Source: Planctomycetota bacterium | GTDB taxonomy: Bacteria; Planctomycetota; B15-G4 | Direction: 5' to 3' | DNA: 64,000 nucleotides | Assembly (NCBI GenBank): GCA_038212275.1 | Contig: JBBQUR010000003.1 | Coordinates: 160,001-224,000, forward strand | Shown: in pieces, positions 55,615-64,000 of the stretch | Position numbering within the stretch: position 1 is the first letter of the stretch | Layout: the number at the start of each line of letters is the position of its first letter | Made by a program: the position numbers and the translations under genes | The notes under the pieces: generated by a model | Databases searched by the model: none | Seen by the model: only the letters and a program-made list of their open reading frames with translations | Told to the model about the DNA's origin: nothing

Positions 55615-58600
55615 TCAACGGCGCGTGGCGACCAGGGCAAGCAGCAGCAGCACGAGGGCGCCCGCCGCGCTGGCCGCTGCACCGAGCCGGAACCACAGCG
55701 GTTCGTAGCGGAAGACCACCGTGCGGTCGCCCGGCTCCAGCGCGACGCCGCGGAAGGCGACGTTGACGCGGGAGATGGGGCGTTCGGCGCCGTCCACGAA
55801 GGCCTTCCAGCCGGGAAAGAAGGTGTCGGCCAGCACGAGCGTGCAGGGGACGGCCGGCTGCACCGCGATGCTCACGCTGTCGGCGTGATCCGCGGTGATC
55901 ACGGCCGCGCCGGCCGTGCCGGCCGCGGCCGCGCACGGCACCCCGTCGGCCGCCACGATGGTGGTGGCGTGCGGAAAGTCCGGCGTGGCCAGCGCGTCCA
56001 GCGCGCGCTCGTCGTCGGCTTCGACCACGCGACCGGTCGTCAAGCGTGCGCGGGACAGGAAGTCCGGGTTCTGCACGAGCTCGAACGGCGCCCAGGCGGG
56101 AAGTTGGCGCGAGTCGCGGAAGGGGATGCGGGGCAGCTCGCCGGGCGCGTCGCTCCAGTTGGCGATGCAACGCACGCCCATGACGCCGAGCAGGCGCAGG
56201 TCGATGTCCGCGCGCGTCGGCAGGGCCTCGAGCGAGGAGACCCACGGCGCATGATCCGTGGCGCGCCGCAGCAGTTGTGCGGTGTGGAGCGGATGCAGGG
56301 CGTCGTAGCCGCGCACGTCACGCAGGCCGTACGCGACCGGGACTTCGGCCGGCATGTCGCCGGGCTGCATCGCGAAGAGTCGCGCATCGTCGCCGAGGCG
56401 GGACAGCGCCTCGAGCGCACCGGAGCGCGGATAGAAGGCCCACGCGGGCAGCAGCGGCAGCATGCCGGCGGTGAACAGCAGCAGGCTTGCGCCGCACGCG
56501 ACCATGAGCAGCGCGCGCGCGCCGAGGCGCACCGAGCCGCGCGCGTCGAGCAGCACCAGCAGCACGAGTGTCGACAGCACGAGCAGCGCAAGCTGTGCGT
56601 GCGCAGGCCCCGGCGCAGGCTGGGCCGGGAAGGGCAGGCTCCTTGCACCGGGGTCGTCGGGCGAGCGCAACGGCGTCGAGCGCAACGAGCGTCCGTCGCT
56701 CAGCGAGAGGCGCAGGCGCACGGCCGAGATCTCCGGTGGAAACGCGTCCGCGGGGACCACCGAGAGGAAGACGTGCAACGGCGTGCCATCGGCGGTGAGC
56801 CACGGAGTCGCCGGGTTGCCGTCGCGCAGCGCCGGCACGGTGAGCGCCTCGACGGAACGGTTGGCGCGCGAATAAAGCAGGCGCGCGCCGGTGATGCGGG
56901 CGGCGTCCGCGGTGCCGGCGGGTCCCGTCGGCGCCACGAACCACCCGGCGAAGGACTTCTGCGGACCCGGCAGTTGCTCGAGCGCCGCCGAGATCGGGCC
57001 GAGCAAGGCGTCGGGCAGCAGCGTGCGGACTTCGGCCGCGGGCAACGCGTGGACGATGAAGTCGTTGTCGCCGTCGGGAATGTTGGTGTTGTCGATGCGG
57101 CCGTCCGCCACGCCCCAGGCGAGTGCGCCCCACGCGCCGAGCAGGAGCGCGCCGAGCAGCAAGGCAAGGCGCAGGCGCAGGCGCAGCCTGGCCTTGCCGA
57201 GCGCATCGAGGCCGAAGCCCGCGAGCACGGCAGTGGCCAGCAGCGCCAGCAGCGAAAGGCGCGTGTTCTCGGCGAGGCGCAGTCCGGGCAGCAGGGAGAG
57301 CAGCTCCGTCAGGCCCGGAGCGCGAAAGAGCGCGAGCAGGCCCACGAGCAGCACGATGCCGGCCGCGCGCGTGACGCCGCGGCGGACATCCGTCGCAGCG
57401 CAAGCAGGAGTGGTCGCGCGGCAGCCGGCGAGCAGCCCGAAAAGGGCGAGCGGCAGCGCGGTTCCTGCGAAGGCTCCGTTGAGTTCCACGTAATTCACGG
57501 GGCCGAGCGCATTGTCCACGGGGCCGTACCAGTCGGGGCACAGCACCGCGATCCACGTGGGAGTCAGGCCGCTGCGCAACCCGGCGAGCAGGCCGACGAG
57601 CGTGGCGAGCAGCAGCCCCGTGGCGGAGAGCCACAGCCGGTGACTGCCGCGCGCGACGTGCCAGGCGCAGCTCAGCGCTACCGCGACCGCTGCCACGAAG
57701 CCCAGCGTCGAGGTGATGTCCATGGGGCGTCCGGCGTCGGCGCGCAGGTCGCGGAGGCGCAGGCCGTCGCTGTGCGCGATGTACTCGAGCAGCGGCAGGT
57801 TCTGGATCGCGCCGAGCAGCACGCCCAGTGCGAGCGCGCCGAGGAGCATGGCGATGCGTCGGCCGGCAGCGGGATGGCTCGACGCACTTCGCAGCGACCA
57901 GACGCGCGCGAGGCCGAGCGCAACGGCCGCGAGCTGACACTGGACGGTGGTCTCGGGATGACCGCCGAGGTGCTGCAGCCCCGCGACGAGGGCCAGTGCG
58001 GCCACGCGGCCTGCGCAGGGCGCGAACACCAGCCGGTCCACGCACAGCAGCAACCACGGCAGCAGCAGCGAGACAAGCGTGTGCGGGTGCTGCAGGAACA
58101 CGACCTGGAAGCCGCCGAAGCCGAAGACCAGTCCCGCGAGCAGCGCAGCAGGAAAGGTCAGTCGCAGATGGCGGGCGAGCAGGAAGGCCCCGAGTGCGCC
58201 CACGACCAGCGTGAACAGCGATTGCGCCGTGCCGAACCACGCCGGCGCGCCGAGCAGCACGCCGAGCAGGTGCGTCGGGAAGAAGAGTGCGGACTGTCCG
58301 TTGCCCACGAACGGCGCGCCGCACAGCGCGAGGCTCTTCCACAACGGAAGGCTTCCGTCCCGCGCGAGACTGTCGGCCGCGTAGCGCAACCACGGCGTGA
58401 ACTGGCTCACGTTGTCGGAGAGCAGGTTGATGCCGGGCGGCACGCGCGTGCGCAGCACCGTCGGGAAGGGGCCGTTCTGTGCCCAGAAGGCCGCCGGGGA
58501 CACGACGTCCTCTCCAAAAAGCGTTGACGGCACGAGCGACGCGCCGAGCACCAGATAAATGAGTGCGGCAACGGCCGCGAGGGCGAGGCCCGGTTGGCGC

Positions 58601-58671
58601 GAGGGGCGGGCCTTGCTGTCACCGGGCGGCTGCATGCCCACATCACACCCTGAAGCGAGGCCGGTCTCCAT
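55615..58671 (-). CDS. YfhO-family polytopic membrane protein (GT-C-like glycosyltransferase)
   Basis: LPLW...GAPF, FFP, GHPE, many TM helices, GYD, LADTFFPGWKAFVDG and VVFRYEP motifs. Start uncertain (58671 or 58635). Confidence 0.88.
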   Translation of the reverse strand: METGLASGCDVGMQPPGDSKARPSRQPGLALAAVAALIYLVLGASLVPSTLFGEDVVSPAAFWAQNGPFPTVLRTRVPPGINLLSDNVSQFTPWLRYAADSLARDGSLPLWKSLALCGAPFVGNGQSALFFPTHLLGVLLGAPAWFGTAQSLFTLVVGALGAFLLARHLRLTFPAALLAGLVFGFGGFQVVFLQHPHTLVSLLLPWLLLCVDRLVFAPCAGRVAALALVAGLQHLGGHPETTVQCQLAAVALGLARVWSLRSASSHPAAGRRIAMLLGALALGVLLGAIQNLPLLEYIAHSDGLRLRDLRADAGRPMDITSTLGFVAAVAVALSCAWHVARGSHRLWLSATGLLLATLVGLLAGLRSGLTPTWIAVLCPDWYGPVDNALGPVNYVELNGAFAGTALPLALFGLLAGCRATTPACAATDVRRGVTRAAGIVLLVGLLALFRAPGLTELLSLLPGLRLAENTRLSLLALLATAVLAGFGLDALGKARLRLRLRLALLLGALLLGAWGALAWGVADGRIDNTNIPDGDNDFIVHALPAAEVRTLLPDALLGPISAALEQLPGPQKSFAGWFVAPTGPAGTADAARITGARLLYSRANRSVEALTVPALRDGNPATPWLTADGTPLHVFLSVVPADAFPPEISAVRLRLSLSDGRSLRSTPLRSPDDPGARSLPFPAQPAPGPAHAQLALLVLSTLVLLVLLDARGSVRLGARALLMVACGASLLLFTAGMLPLLPAWAFYPRSGALEALSRLGDDARLFAMQPGDMPAEVPVAYGLRDVRGYDALHPLHTAQLLRRATDHAPWVSSLEALPTRADIDLRLLGVMGVRCIANWSDAPGELPRIPFRDSRQLPAWAPFELVQNPDFLSRARLTTGRVVEADDERALDALATPDFPHATTIVAADGVPCAAAAGTAGAAVITADHADSVSIAVQPAVPCTLVLADTFFPGWKAFVDGAERPISRVNVAFRGVALEPGDRTVVFRYEPLWFRLGAAASAAGALVLLLLALVATRR

Positions 58672-58794
58672 GAGAGAACCCTCGCCCAGGACGCGGCGCG
58701 GCGCGGCCGGCGGCCGGTGGGCTCGCTCGGCCGGCGGGCGGCGGGCGCTCGGCCTGTGCGGTGGGCATGGCCGGCGCGGTGGGCATGGCCGGCA

Positions 58795-58870
58795 TGGAGC
58801 GGGCGACCGGGTTCGAACCGGCGACATTCAGCTTGGGAAGCTGACACTCTGCCAACTGAGTTACGCCCGC
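58795..58870 (-). tRNA. tRNA-Gly (CCC)
   Basis: GCGGGCG/CGCCCGC acceptor stem, TCAGC-TTCCCAA-GCTGA anticodon arm, GGTTCGAAC T-loop, encoded CCA; 76 nt. Confidence 0.98.
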
Positions 58871-58931
58871 TGCGTGTCGCGAAACCCGGGCCCTGGAAGG
58901 GCCGGGCGCCGCGTTCGTGGCACGGGGCGAC

Positions 58932-58960
58932 ACCATAGGCAGCGGCGCGGGGTGCGGCAA
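58932..58960 (-). promoter_or_regulatory. Putative sigma70-type promoter of tRNA-Gly
   Basis: TTGCCG-17 nt-TATGGT on the minus strand, about 60 nt upstream of the tRNA. Confidence 0.5.
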
Positions 58961-59295
58961 GTGGTCGCCGCGCTGCAGGCATTCCGGTGACCGGCGCGGT
59001 GCGACATTCTCCAGCGGCGGCCGGGAAAAACCGGTCGCCGGGTGACGCGCTCGAGTGGCGGGAGAAGCCGGCGCCTCCCCGGAGCGGCTCGCGCCCGGCC
59101 CGGAATCTGCACGTGCGCAGGCTGGAATCGGCACGGGAGCGCGCGACCCGGTTGACCGGCGGCTCGGTCGGGAGCAGTCGGCAGGAGTCGGCTGCGGCCG
59201 GCTGCGCTCGCGGCACGGGTCTTGCATCGGGGGGTGGTCTCCGGCGCGTCGGCGGGTGGGTCTGCGACGTGGCCCGACGGTCAGGGAGTCTGAAC

Positions 59296-60339
59296 ATGAG
59301 GGTCCAGGCGCAGGGCGAGCGCGTGTCACTTGTCTCCCGTTCGTGCGACCGCGAGGCGCCGCTGCCGCCAACATCTCCCTGCGCGCCGGGTGGGCTCTGG
59401 GTCGTCGTACTCGCCGCGGGTGAGGGCACGCGGCTCGCCTCGATCACCGCGGGAGCGGACGGCGTCGCAATTCCCAAGCAGTTCTGCTCCGTGGACGGCC
59501 GCCGCTCGCTGCTGCGCACCACGCTCGATCGCGCCGAGGGGCTTACGACGGACTCGCGCATCATGTCCGTCGTCGCGGCTCGGCACGCACGCTGGTGGCG
59601 CGACGAACTGGCGCACCTGCCTCCATCCAACGTGCTCGTGCAGCCGGCGTCGCGCGGCACCGCGGCGGGCGTGCTGCTGCCGGTGCTCTCCATCCTGCGC
59701 CGCGATCCGCGGGGGATGGTTGTCGTGCTGCCATCCGACCACCACGTGGCCGACGAAGCGGTGCTGCAGCACGAGCTGCTCGCGGCCGTGCGCAACAGCC
59801 GCGCGCACGACGGGCGCCCCGTGCTGCTTGGCATCGAGGCCGATGCTGCGGAGACCGGCTACGGCTGGATCGTCCCGGCGCGAGGAGCGCAGGGGCGCTG
59901 CGCACCTGTCGTGTCCTTCGTGGAGAAGCCGGGGCCGGAAGTCGCCGGCCGGCTGTGGCGCGAGGGGGCGCTCTGGAGCAGCTTCATGTTCACGGCCTCG
60001 GCCGAGTCGCTGGTGCACATGGTCGAGCGCACGCTGCCCGGCCTGCTGCGCGACTTCCGGCGCGCGATGGACAGGTCCGTGCGCCCTCACCGCTCCGACT
60101 GGCTGACCGATTTCTATGCGGATCTCCCGAGCCACGATTTCTCGCGTGATGTGCTGCAAGCCTGCGGCGGGGCGCATGTGCTCTCCGTGCCGCCCTGCGG
60201 CTGGTCGGACCTCGGAACGCCTGAGCGACTTGCGGCGGTGCCGGGCCTGCGCGGACCGCTCGTGGAACGCGCGCGTGCGTGGACGCGGCAATGCGCAAGT
60301 CATCCCGCGACGGTGGCCGCTCGACGTGACACACGCTAA
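59296..60339 (+). CDS. Mannose-1-phosphate guanylyltransferase-like sugar-phosphate nucleotidyltransferase (no cupin domain)
   Basis: VVLAAGEGTRL, PKQF, PSDH, YGWI, FVEKP and WSDLGTP motifs; GGGAG RBS. Confidence 0.88.
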   Translation: MRVQAQGERVSLVSRSCDREAPLPPTSPCAPGGLWVVVLAAGEGTRLASITAGADGVAIPKQFCSVDGRRSLLRTTLDRAEGLTTDSRIMSVVAARHARWWRDELAHLPPSNVLVQPASRGTAAGVLLPVLSILRRDPRGMVVVLPSDHHVADEAVLQHELLAAVRNSRAHDGRPVLLGIEADAAETGYGWIVPARGAQGRCAPVVSFVEKPGPEVAGRLWREGALWSSFMFTASAESLVHMVERTLPGLLRDFRRAMDRSVRPHRSDWLTDFYADLPSHDFSRDVLQACGGAHVLSVPPCGWSDLGTPERLAAVPGLRGPLVERARAWTRQCASHPATVAARRDTR

Positions 60340-60369
60340 AGTGCGCGCCCGACTCGAGGGCGGCACGCC

Positions 60370-61563
60370 GTGCGGATCCTGCATCTCTTCGCCAATTGGA
60401 AGTGGACCGGTCCCGCCGAGCCCGCGCTGAACGTGGCGTGGAAGCAGGCCGCGGAGCACGAGGTGCTCTTCGTCAGCGGCAACTCGCCCGACGGGCAGCC
60501 GTCGCGCATCCTGCCGCATGTGCGCGACCGAGGCCTGGCCACGCGCGAGGGCTTCGTGCTCAGCAAGCACGCGCGGCTGCGCAGCAATCGCGCCGACATC
60601 GCGCGCTTGTCGGCGCTGCTTCAGGAGTTCCGGCCGGACATCGTGCACGCGCATCTCGACAACGACCATCGCATCGCGTCGCACGCGGTGAGTCGCACGA
60701 ACATCGGCCGCCTGGTGCGCACCGCCTATGACCCGGAAGGGCTGCCCTGCACGCTGCGCCTGCGCCAGGTGGCCCGCCGCAGGCTCGACGGAGTCATCGT
60801 CACCACGCGCAGCGGTTTCGATCGCACGCTCGCCGGCTATGGCGGCAGCGCGCGCAGCATCTCGGTGGACGGTCACCCGCGGCCGCTCGTACTCATCGAA
60901 GGCGGCATCGACCTGGAGCGCTTCGATCCCTCGCGCGTGGACCGCCCGGCGGCGCGCGCGAAGCTGGGACTGGGACCGGAGGACGTCGCGGTGGGCATCG
61001 TGGCGCGCGTGCAGGCGCACCGCCGTTTCGAGCTGCTCATCGAGGCCCACGCACGCGTCGTTGCCGAGTATCCGCAGTTGCGGCTCGTCGTCATCGGGCG
61101 CGGCACGCAGATCCGGCAGCTGCTGCTCGATCCGGTGGAACAGCGCGGGCTGGGGGGCAGCGTCCTGACGACGGGCTACCTGGCCGGCGAGGACTATCCG
61201 GCGGCTCTGTGCGCCCTCGACGCGTGCCTCTTCCTCGTGCCGGGAAGCGACGGCACCTGCCGCGCGCTGCGCGAGCAGACCGCGATGGGCCTGCCGGCTC
61301 TGGTCTCGCCCCGCCCGCCACTCCCCGACATGGTGGAGGAGGGCTGCTCGGGCTTCGTGGTGCAGGAGTCGGTCGAGGGACTTGCCGGCGGCTTGCGCCG
61401 GCTGGTTGCCGACAGTGAACTGCGCGCACGACTGCGGGCCGGCGCCATCGATGCAGCGCGCCGCCGCTTCGACCTGAAGCGCCAGGCCGCCGCCGTCACG
61501 GCCTTCTACGAGCAGGTGCTCGGCGAACGGGTTGCGCGGCCCGCTGACGGCGCGGCCCGCTGA
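60370..61563 (+). CDS. Glycosyltransferase family 4
   Basis: MRILH..WTGPAE, PDIVHAH, GIDLERF, VAR, and DGTCRALREQTAMGLP (variant of the EX7E motif). Confidence 0.9.
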   Translation: MRILHLFANWKWTGPAEPALNVAWKQAAEHEVLFVSGNSPDGQPSRILPHVRDRGLATREGFVLSKHARLRSNRADIARLSALLQEFRPDIVHAHLDNDHRIASHAVSRTNIGRLVRTAYDPEGLPCTLRLRQVARRRLDGVIVTTRSGFDRTLAGYGGSARSISVDGHPRPLVLIEGGIDLERFDPSRVDRPAARAKLGLGPEDVAVGIVARVQAHRRFELLIEAHARVVAEYPQLRLVVIGRGTQIRQLLLDPVEQRGLGGSVLTTGYLAGEDYPAALCALDACLFLVPGSDGTCRALREQTAMGLPALVSPRPPLPDMVEEGCSGFVVQESVEGLAGGLRRLVADSELRARLRAGAIDAARRRFDLKRQAAAVTAFYEQVLGERVARPADGAAR

Positions 61564-61614
61564 CGGCGCGGCGCAGGATCGCGCGCGCCGGCAGGCCGGC
61601 GCCGGCACGCACGC

Positions 61615-62118
61615 TCAGCGCGTGAAGGTGTAGCCGCGCTCGACGAGCGCGACGGCGCGCGCCTCGATGCCTTCCGCCCGGCCGATCGGGCCCATCTTCT
61701 CGAAGGTCTTGCCCTTCACGTTGACCTGCCGCACCTCGATGTCGAGCGCGGCCGCAATGGACTCGCGCATCTGGGCGCGGAGCGGCGAGATCCTGGGCTC
61801 CTCCGCCATGATCACCGCGTCGATGCTGAGGATGCGCGTGCCGGCGATGCGCACGCGCCGGGCGACCTCGCGGGTCATGTCCACGCTGGAACGGCCGCGG
61901 TTGCGGTCGTCGGAGTCGGGAAAGAGCGTGCCGAGATCGGGCAGGTCCGCGGCCGAAAGCACGGCGTCCATGATGGCGTGCAGCAGCACGTCACCGTCGG
62001 AGTGCCCATCCATGCCCCGATCGAACGGGACGTGGATGCCGCCGAGCATGAGCGGGATGCCTGCCTTGAATCGGTGCACGTCGCAACTGGTCCCCACGGC
62101 GAGGTCCGAGATGGCCAT
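61615..62118 (-). CDS. ispF: 2-C-methyl-D-erythritol 2,4-cyclodiphosphate synthase
   Basis: DVH, LGG, GHSDGDVLLHA, DLG.LFPD, NVKGKT.E motifs. Confidence 0.96.
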   Translation of the reverse strand: MAISDLAVGTSCDVHRFKAGIPLMLGGIHVPFDRGMDGHSDGDVLLHAIMDAVLSAADLPDLGTLFPDSDDRNRGRSSVDMTREVARRVRIAGTRILSIDAVIMAEEPRISPLRAQMRESIAAALDIEVRQVNVKGKTFEKMGPIGRAEGIEARAVALVERGYTFTR

Positions 62119-62828
62119 CAGTCACTCCTTTCGCTGAGCTGACCGAGCAAGGCCTGCGCCATGGCCAGGTCTTCCCCCGTCGTGATCTTGAAGTTGAGGC
62201 GCGATCCTTCCACGAATGCGACCTCCAGTCCAGCCGCTTCGAAGAGTGAGGCTTCATCCGTCACGTTGAGGGCGCGCGCTGCGGCGTCGGCGAGCAGCCG
62301 TTCGAGCACGGCGAAGGCGAAGGCCTGCGGCGTCTGCGCAGCCCAGAGGCGGTCGCGCGGAAGCGTCCGTTCGACGAGCGGAGCGTCGCCGCCAGGCCGT
62401 GCCTCCTTGATGGTGTCGGCGACGCGCACCGCGAGCAGTGCAGCTCCCGTGCGCTGCGCGCTCGCGATGAGGGCCTCGATCCTGTCGACGGGCACGAAGG
62501 GCCGGGCCGCGTCGTGAACGAGCACGAGACGCGTCGTGTGCGGCAGAGCGGCGAGGCCGGCGGCGACCGAGTCCTGTCGTCGCGCACCGCCATCCACCAG
62601 CGTGACGGGGCGTGGAAGCCGCGCGATGACCGCGGCAAGCGCCGCGCGATCGTCGCGGTGGCCCACGAGAATCACCGGATCCAGCTCAGGCAGCGCCAGC
62701 AGCGTCCGAAGGCAGTGTTCGACGAGCGGCCGCCCGGCCAACGGCACGAGGGCCTTGTGCCGGTCCGCGCCGAGTCGGTGGCCCGTGCCTCCGGCCACCA
62801 CGATGAGGGCCGCCCGCTCAGCCTTCAT
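62118..62828 (-). CDS. ispD: 2-C-methyl-D-erythritol 4-phosphate cytidylyltransferase
   Basis: VAGGTGHRLG..K, GGARRQDSV, VHDAARP, QTPQAF, TDEA, NFKITT..DL motifs. Confidence 0.96.
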   Translation of the reverse strand: MKAERAALIVVAGGTGHRLGADRHKALVPLAGRPLVEHCLRTLLALPELDPVILVGHRDDRAALAAVIARLPRPVTLVDGGARRQDSVAAGLAALPHTTRLVLVHDAARPFVPVDRIEALIASAQRTGAALLAVRVADTIKEARPGGDAPLVERTLPRDRLWAAQTPQAFAFAVLERLLADAAARALNVTDEASLFEAAGLEVAFVEGSRLNFKITTGEDLAMAQALLGQLSERSD

Positions 62829-62876
62829 TCGCTGTTCCGCGCTGTTCCGCGCCGTGCCGTGCCGTAGCATGCGGGC

Positions 62877-63398
62877 ATGATCGTCCTCGGCATCGATCCC
62901 GGCAGCCGTCGCACGGGCTGGGGACTCATCGAGGAGCGCGGGACGGCGCTGGTGATGCGCGACATGGGGGTGATCCGTCCCGGCGATGGTCTGCCGCTGG
63001 AGAGGCGCCTCGCCGCGATCCACGGCGCCGTCGCGGAACTGCTCCGATCGTACGGGCCGGAGTGCGTCGGGATCGAGTGCGTGTTTCACGGCGTCAACAC
63101 GCGGTCTCTGGTCGTCCTCGGTCAGGCGCGCGGGGCCGTGATGGCTGCCGTGGGAGCGGCGAGCCGCACGCTCATCGAATTGTCGCCCGCCGAGATTAAG
63201 AAGGCGGTCACGGGCAACGGTCAGGCCACCAAGGAGCAGGTTGCGCACATGGTCGGGGTGCTGCTCGGCCCCGAGGTGCGCGAGAGAACGGCTGCGGCCC
63301 GCAAGGTCTCGGCGGCAGCGGACGCCACGGATGCGCTGGCCATCGCGATCGCCTCGTTGCACCGTCGCGCTGCACCACTCGGGCGCGCGAGAGAGTGA
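62877..63398 (+). CDS. ruvC: Holliday junction resolvase
   Basis: LGIDPG..TGWG, IE..F, LGQARG, KKAVTGNGQATKEQV, DATDALAIA motifs. Confidence 0.96.
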   Translation: MIVLGIDPGSRRTGWGLIEERGTALVMRDMGVIRPGDGLPLERRLAAIHGAVAELLRSYGPECVGIECVFHGVNTRSLVVLGQARGAVMAAVGAASRTLIELSPAEIKKAVTGNGQATKEQVAHMVGVLLGPEVRERTAAARKVSAAADATDALAIAIASLHRRAAPLGRARE

Positions 63399-64000
63399 AA
63401 ATCATTCAGCCGAGGATTCTTCGGGAAAAGGGGGAGGAGGTTTTATGCGCGGAATCCACGCAACCTCGGCTGAATGAATATTCACGACTTATCGACCGTG
63501 TTGATGGAAGAGCCAGCGTTCGGTTCGTCGGGCAGTTCGAATCCGAGGCCATCACTTCCCAGTCGACGGCGCCTAGACTAGCCGAAGCTGTGGTGTCTTG
63601 CACGACGGGGAGAAGAAAGCCTGCGCGTGCGAGCCAGGAATGTTTCCGGTTGCGGGGCGCGGCGAACTTGACGCCTCCGTAAAGGACTTCCGGCTCAGGC
63701 CTCCTTGAGCAGGAGGCCGGCTCCAAACAGTGATTCTGAGCCTGCCGAGGTGGTGATCCGGGTGTCCGAGGGGCCTGGCCGGGGCCAGTTGCCAGTCCTG
63801 CTGCCGGACCCGGCGCCCTCGTTTTCCGGCAGCGCCGCTGGCCTGCCGGGGGGAGGCCGTCAGGTCGCCATGACCAGTCTCCGCTTGCTGCGTCGTGGAC
63901 CGGAGTGCCGGCCTGGCGCCATCGGGCCAGCGGGCAGGGACGGGTGACCGGACGGCGCTGGACGCCAGTCCCTCCGCGTGACCTCGCCCGATGGCGCGGG

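Overview
Very GC-rich bacterial chromosomal window (roughly 70% GC by eye). The gene content (membrane-anchored prenyltransferase/squalene-oxidase-repeat proteins, FG-GAP and CHRD secreted proteins, ECF sigma, TPR proteins) suggests a Planctomycetota/PVC lineage; this is inference. About 40 intact CDS and two tRNAs (Phe-GAA, Gly-CCC) are supported. Housekeeping genes include leuB, ribF, def, rpsT, mfd, ahpC, bfr, ispD, ispF and ruvC. No CRISPR array, integrase, transposase or rRNA was seen. Most long ORFs in the six-frame track are GC-rich shadow frames. Main points of interest: (1) a single ORF fusing an intact-looking dGTP triphosphohydrolase to an intact-looking RNase III, overlapping mfd; (2) a full-length LeuC/aconitase homologue next to leuB that has lost the Fe-S ligands and active-site motifs (pseudoenzyme); (3) a ~120-aa C-terminal domain shared by two unrelated secreted proteins, plus an orphan third copy (candidate sorting/anchoring domain); (4) an MlaA-lipase fusion lipoprotein; (5) a ~780-bp element bounded by 107-bp self-hairpinning inverted repeats, and a separate dispersed 35-bp palindrome family; (6) a 1589-aa zinc-ribbon coiled-coil protein; (7) a Cys-octad lipoprotein upstream of bfr-ahpC. 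All family calls rest on motif recognition by eye; no searches were run.
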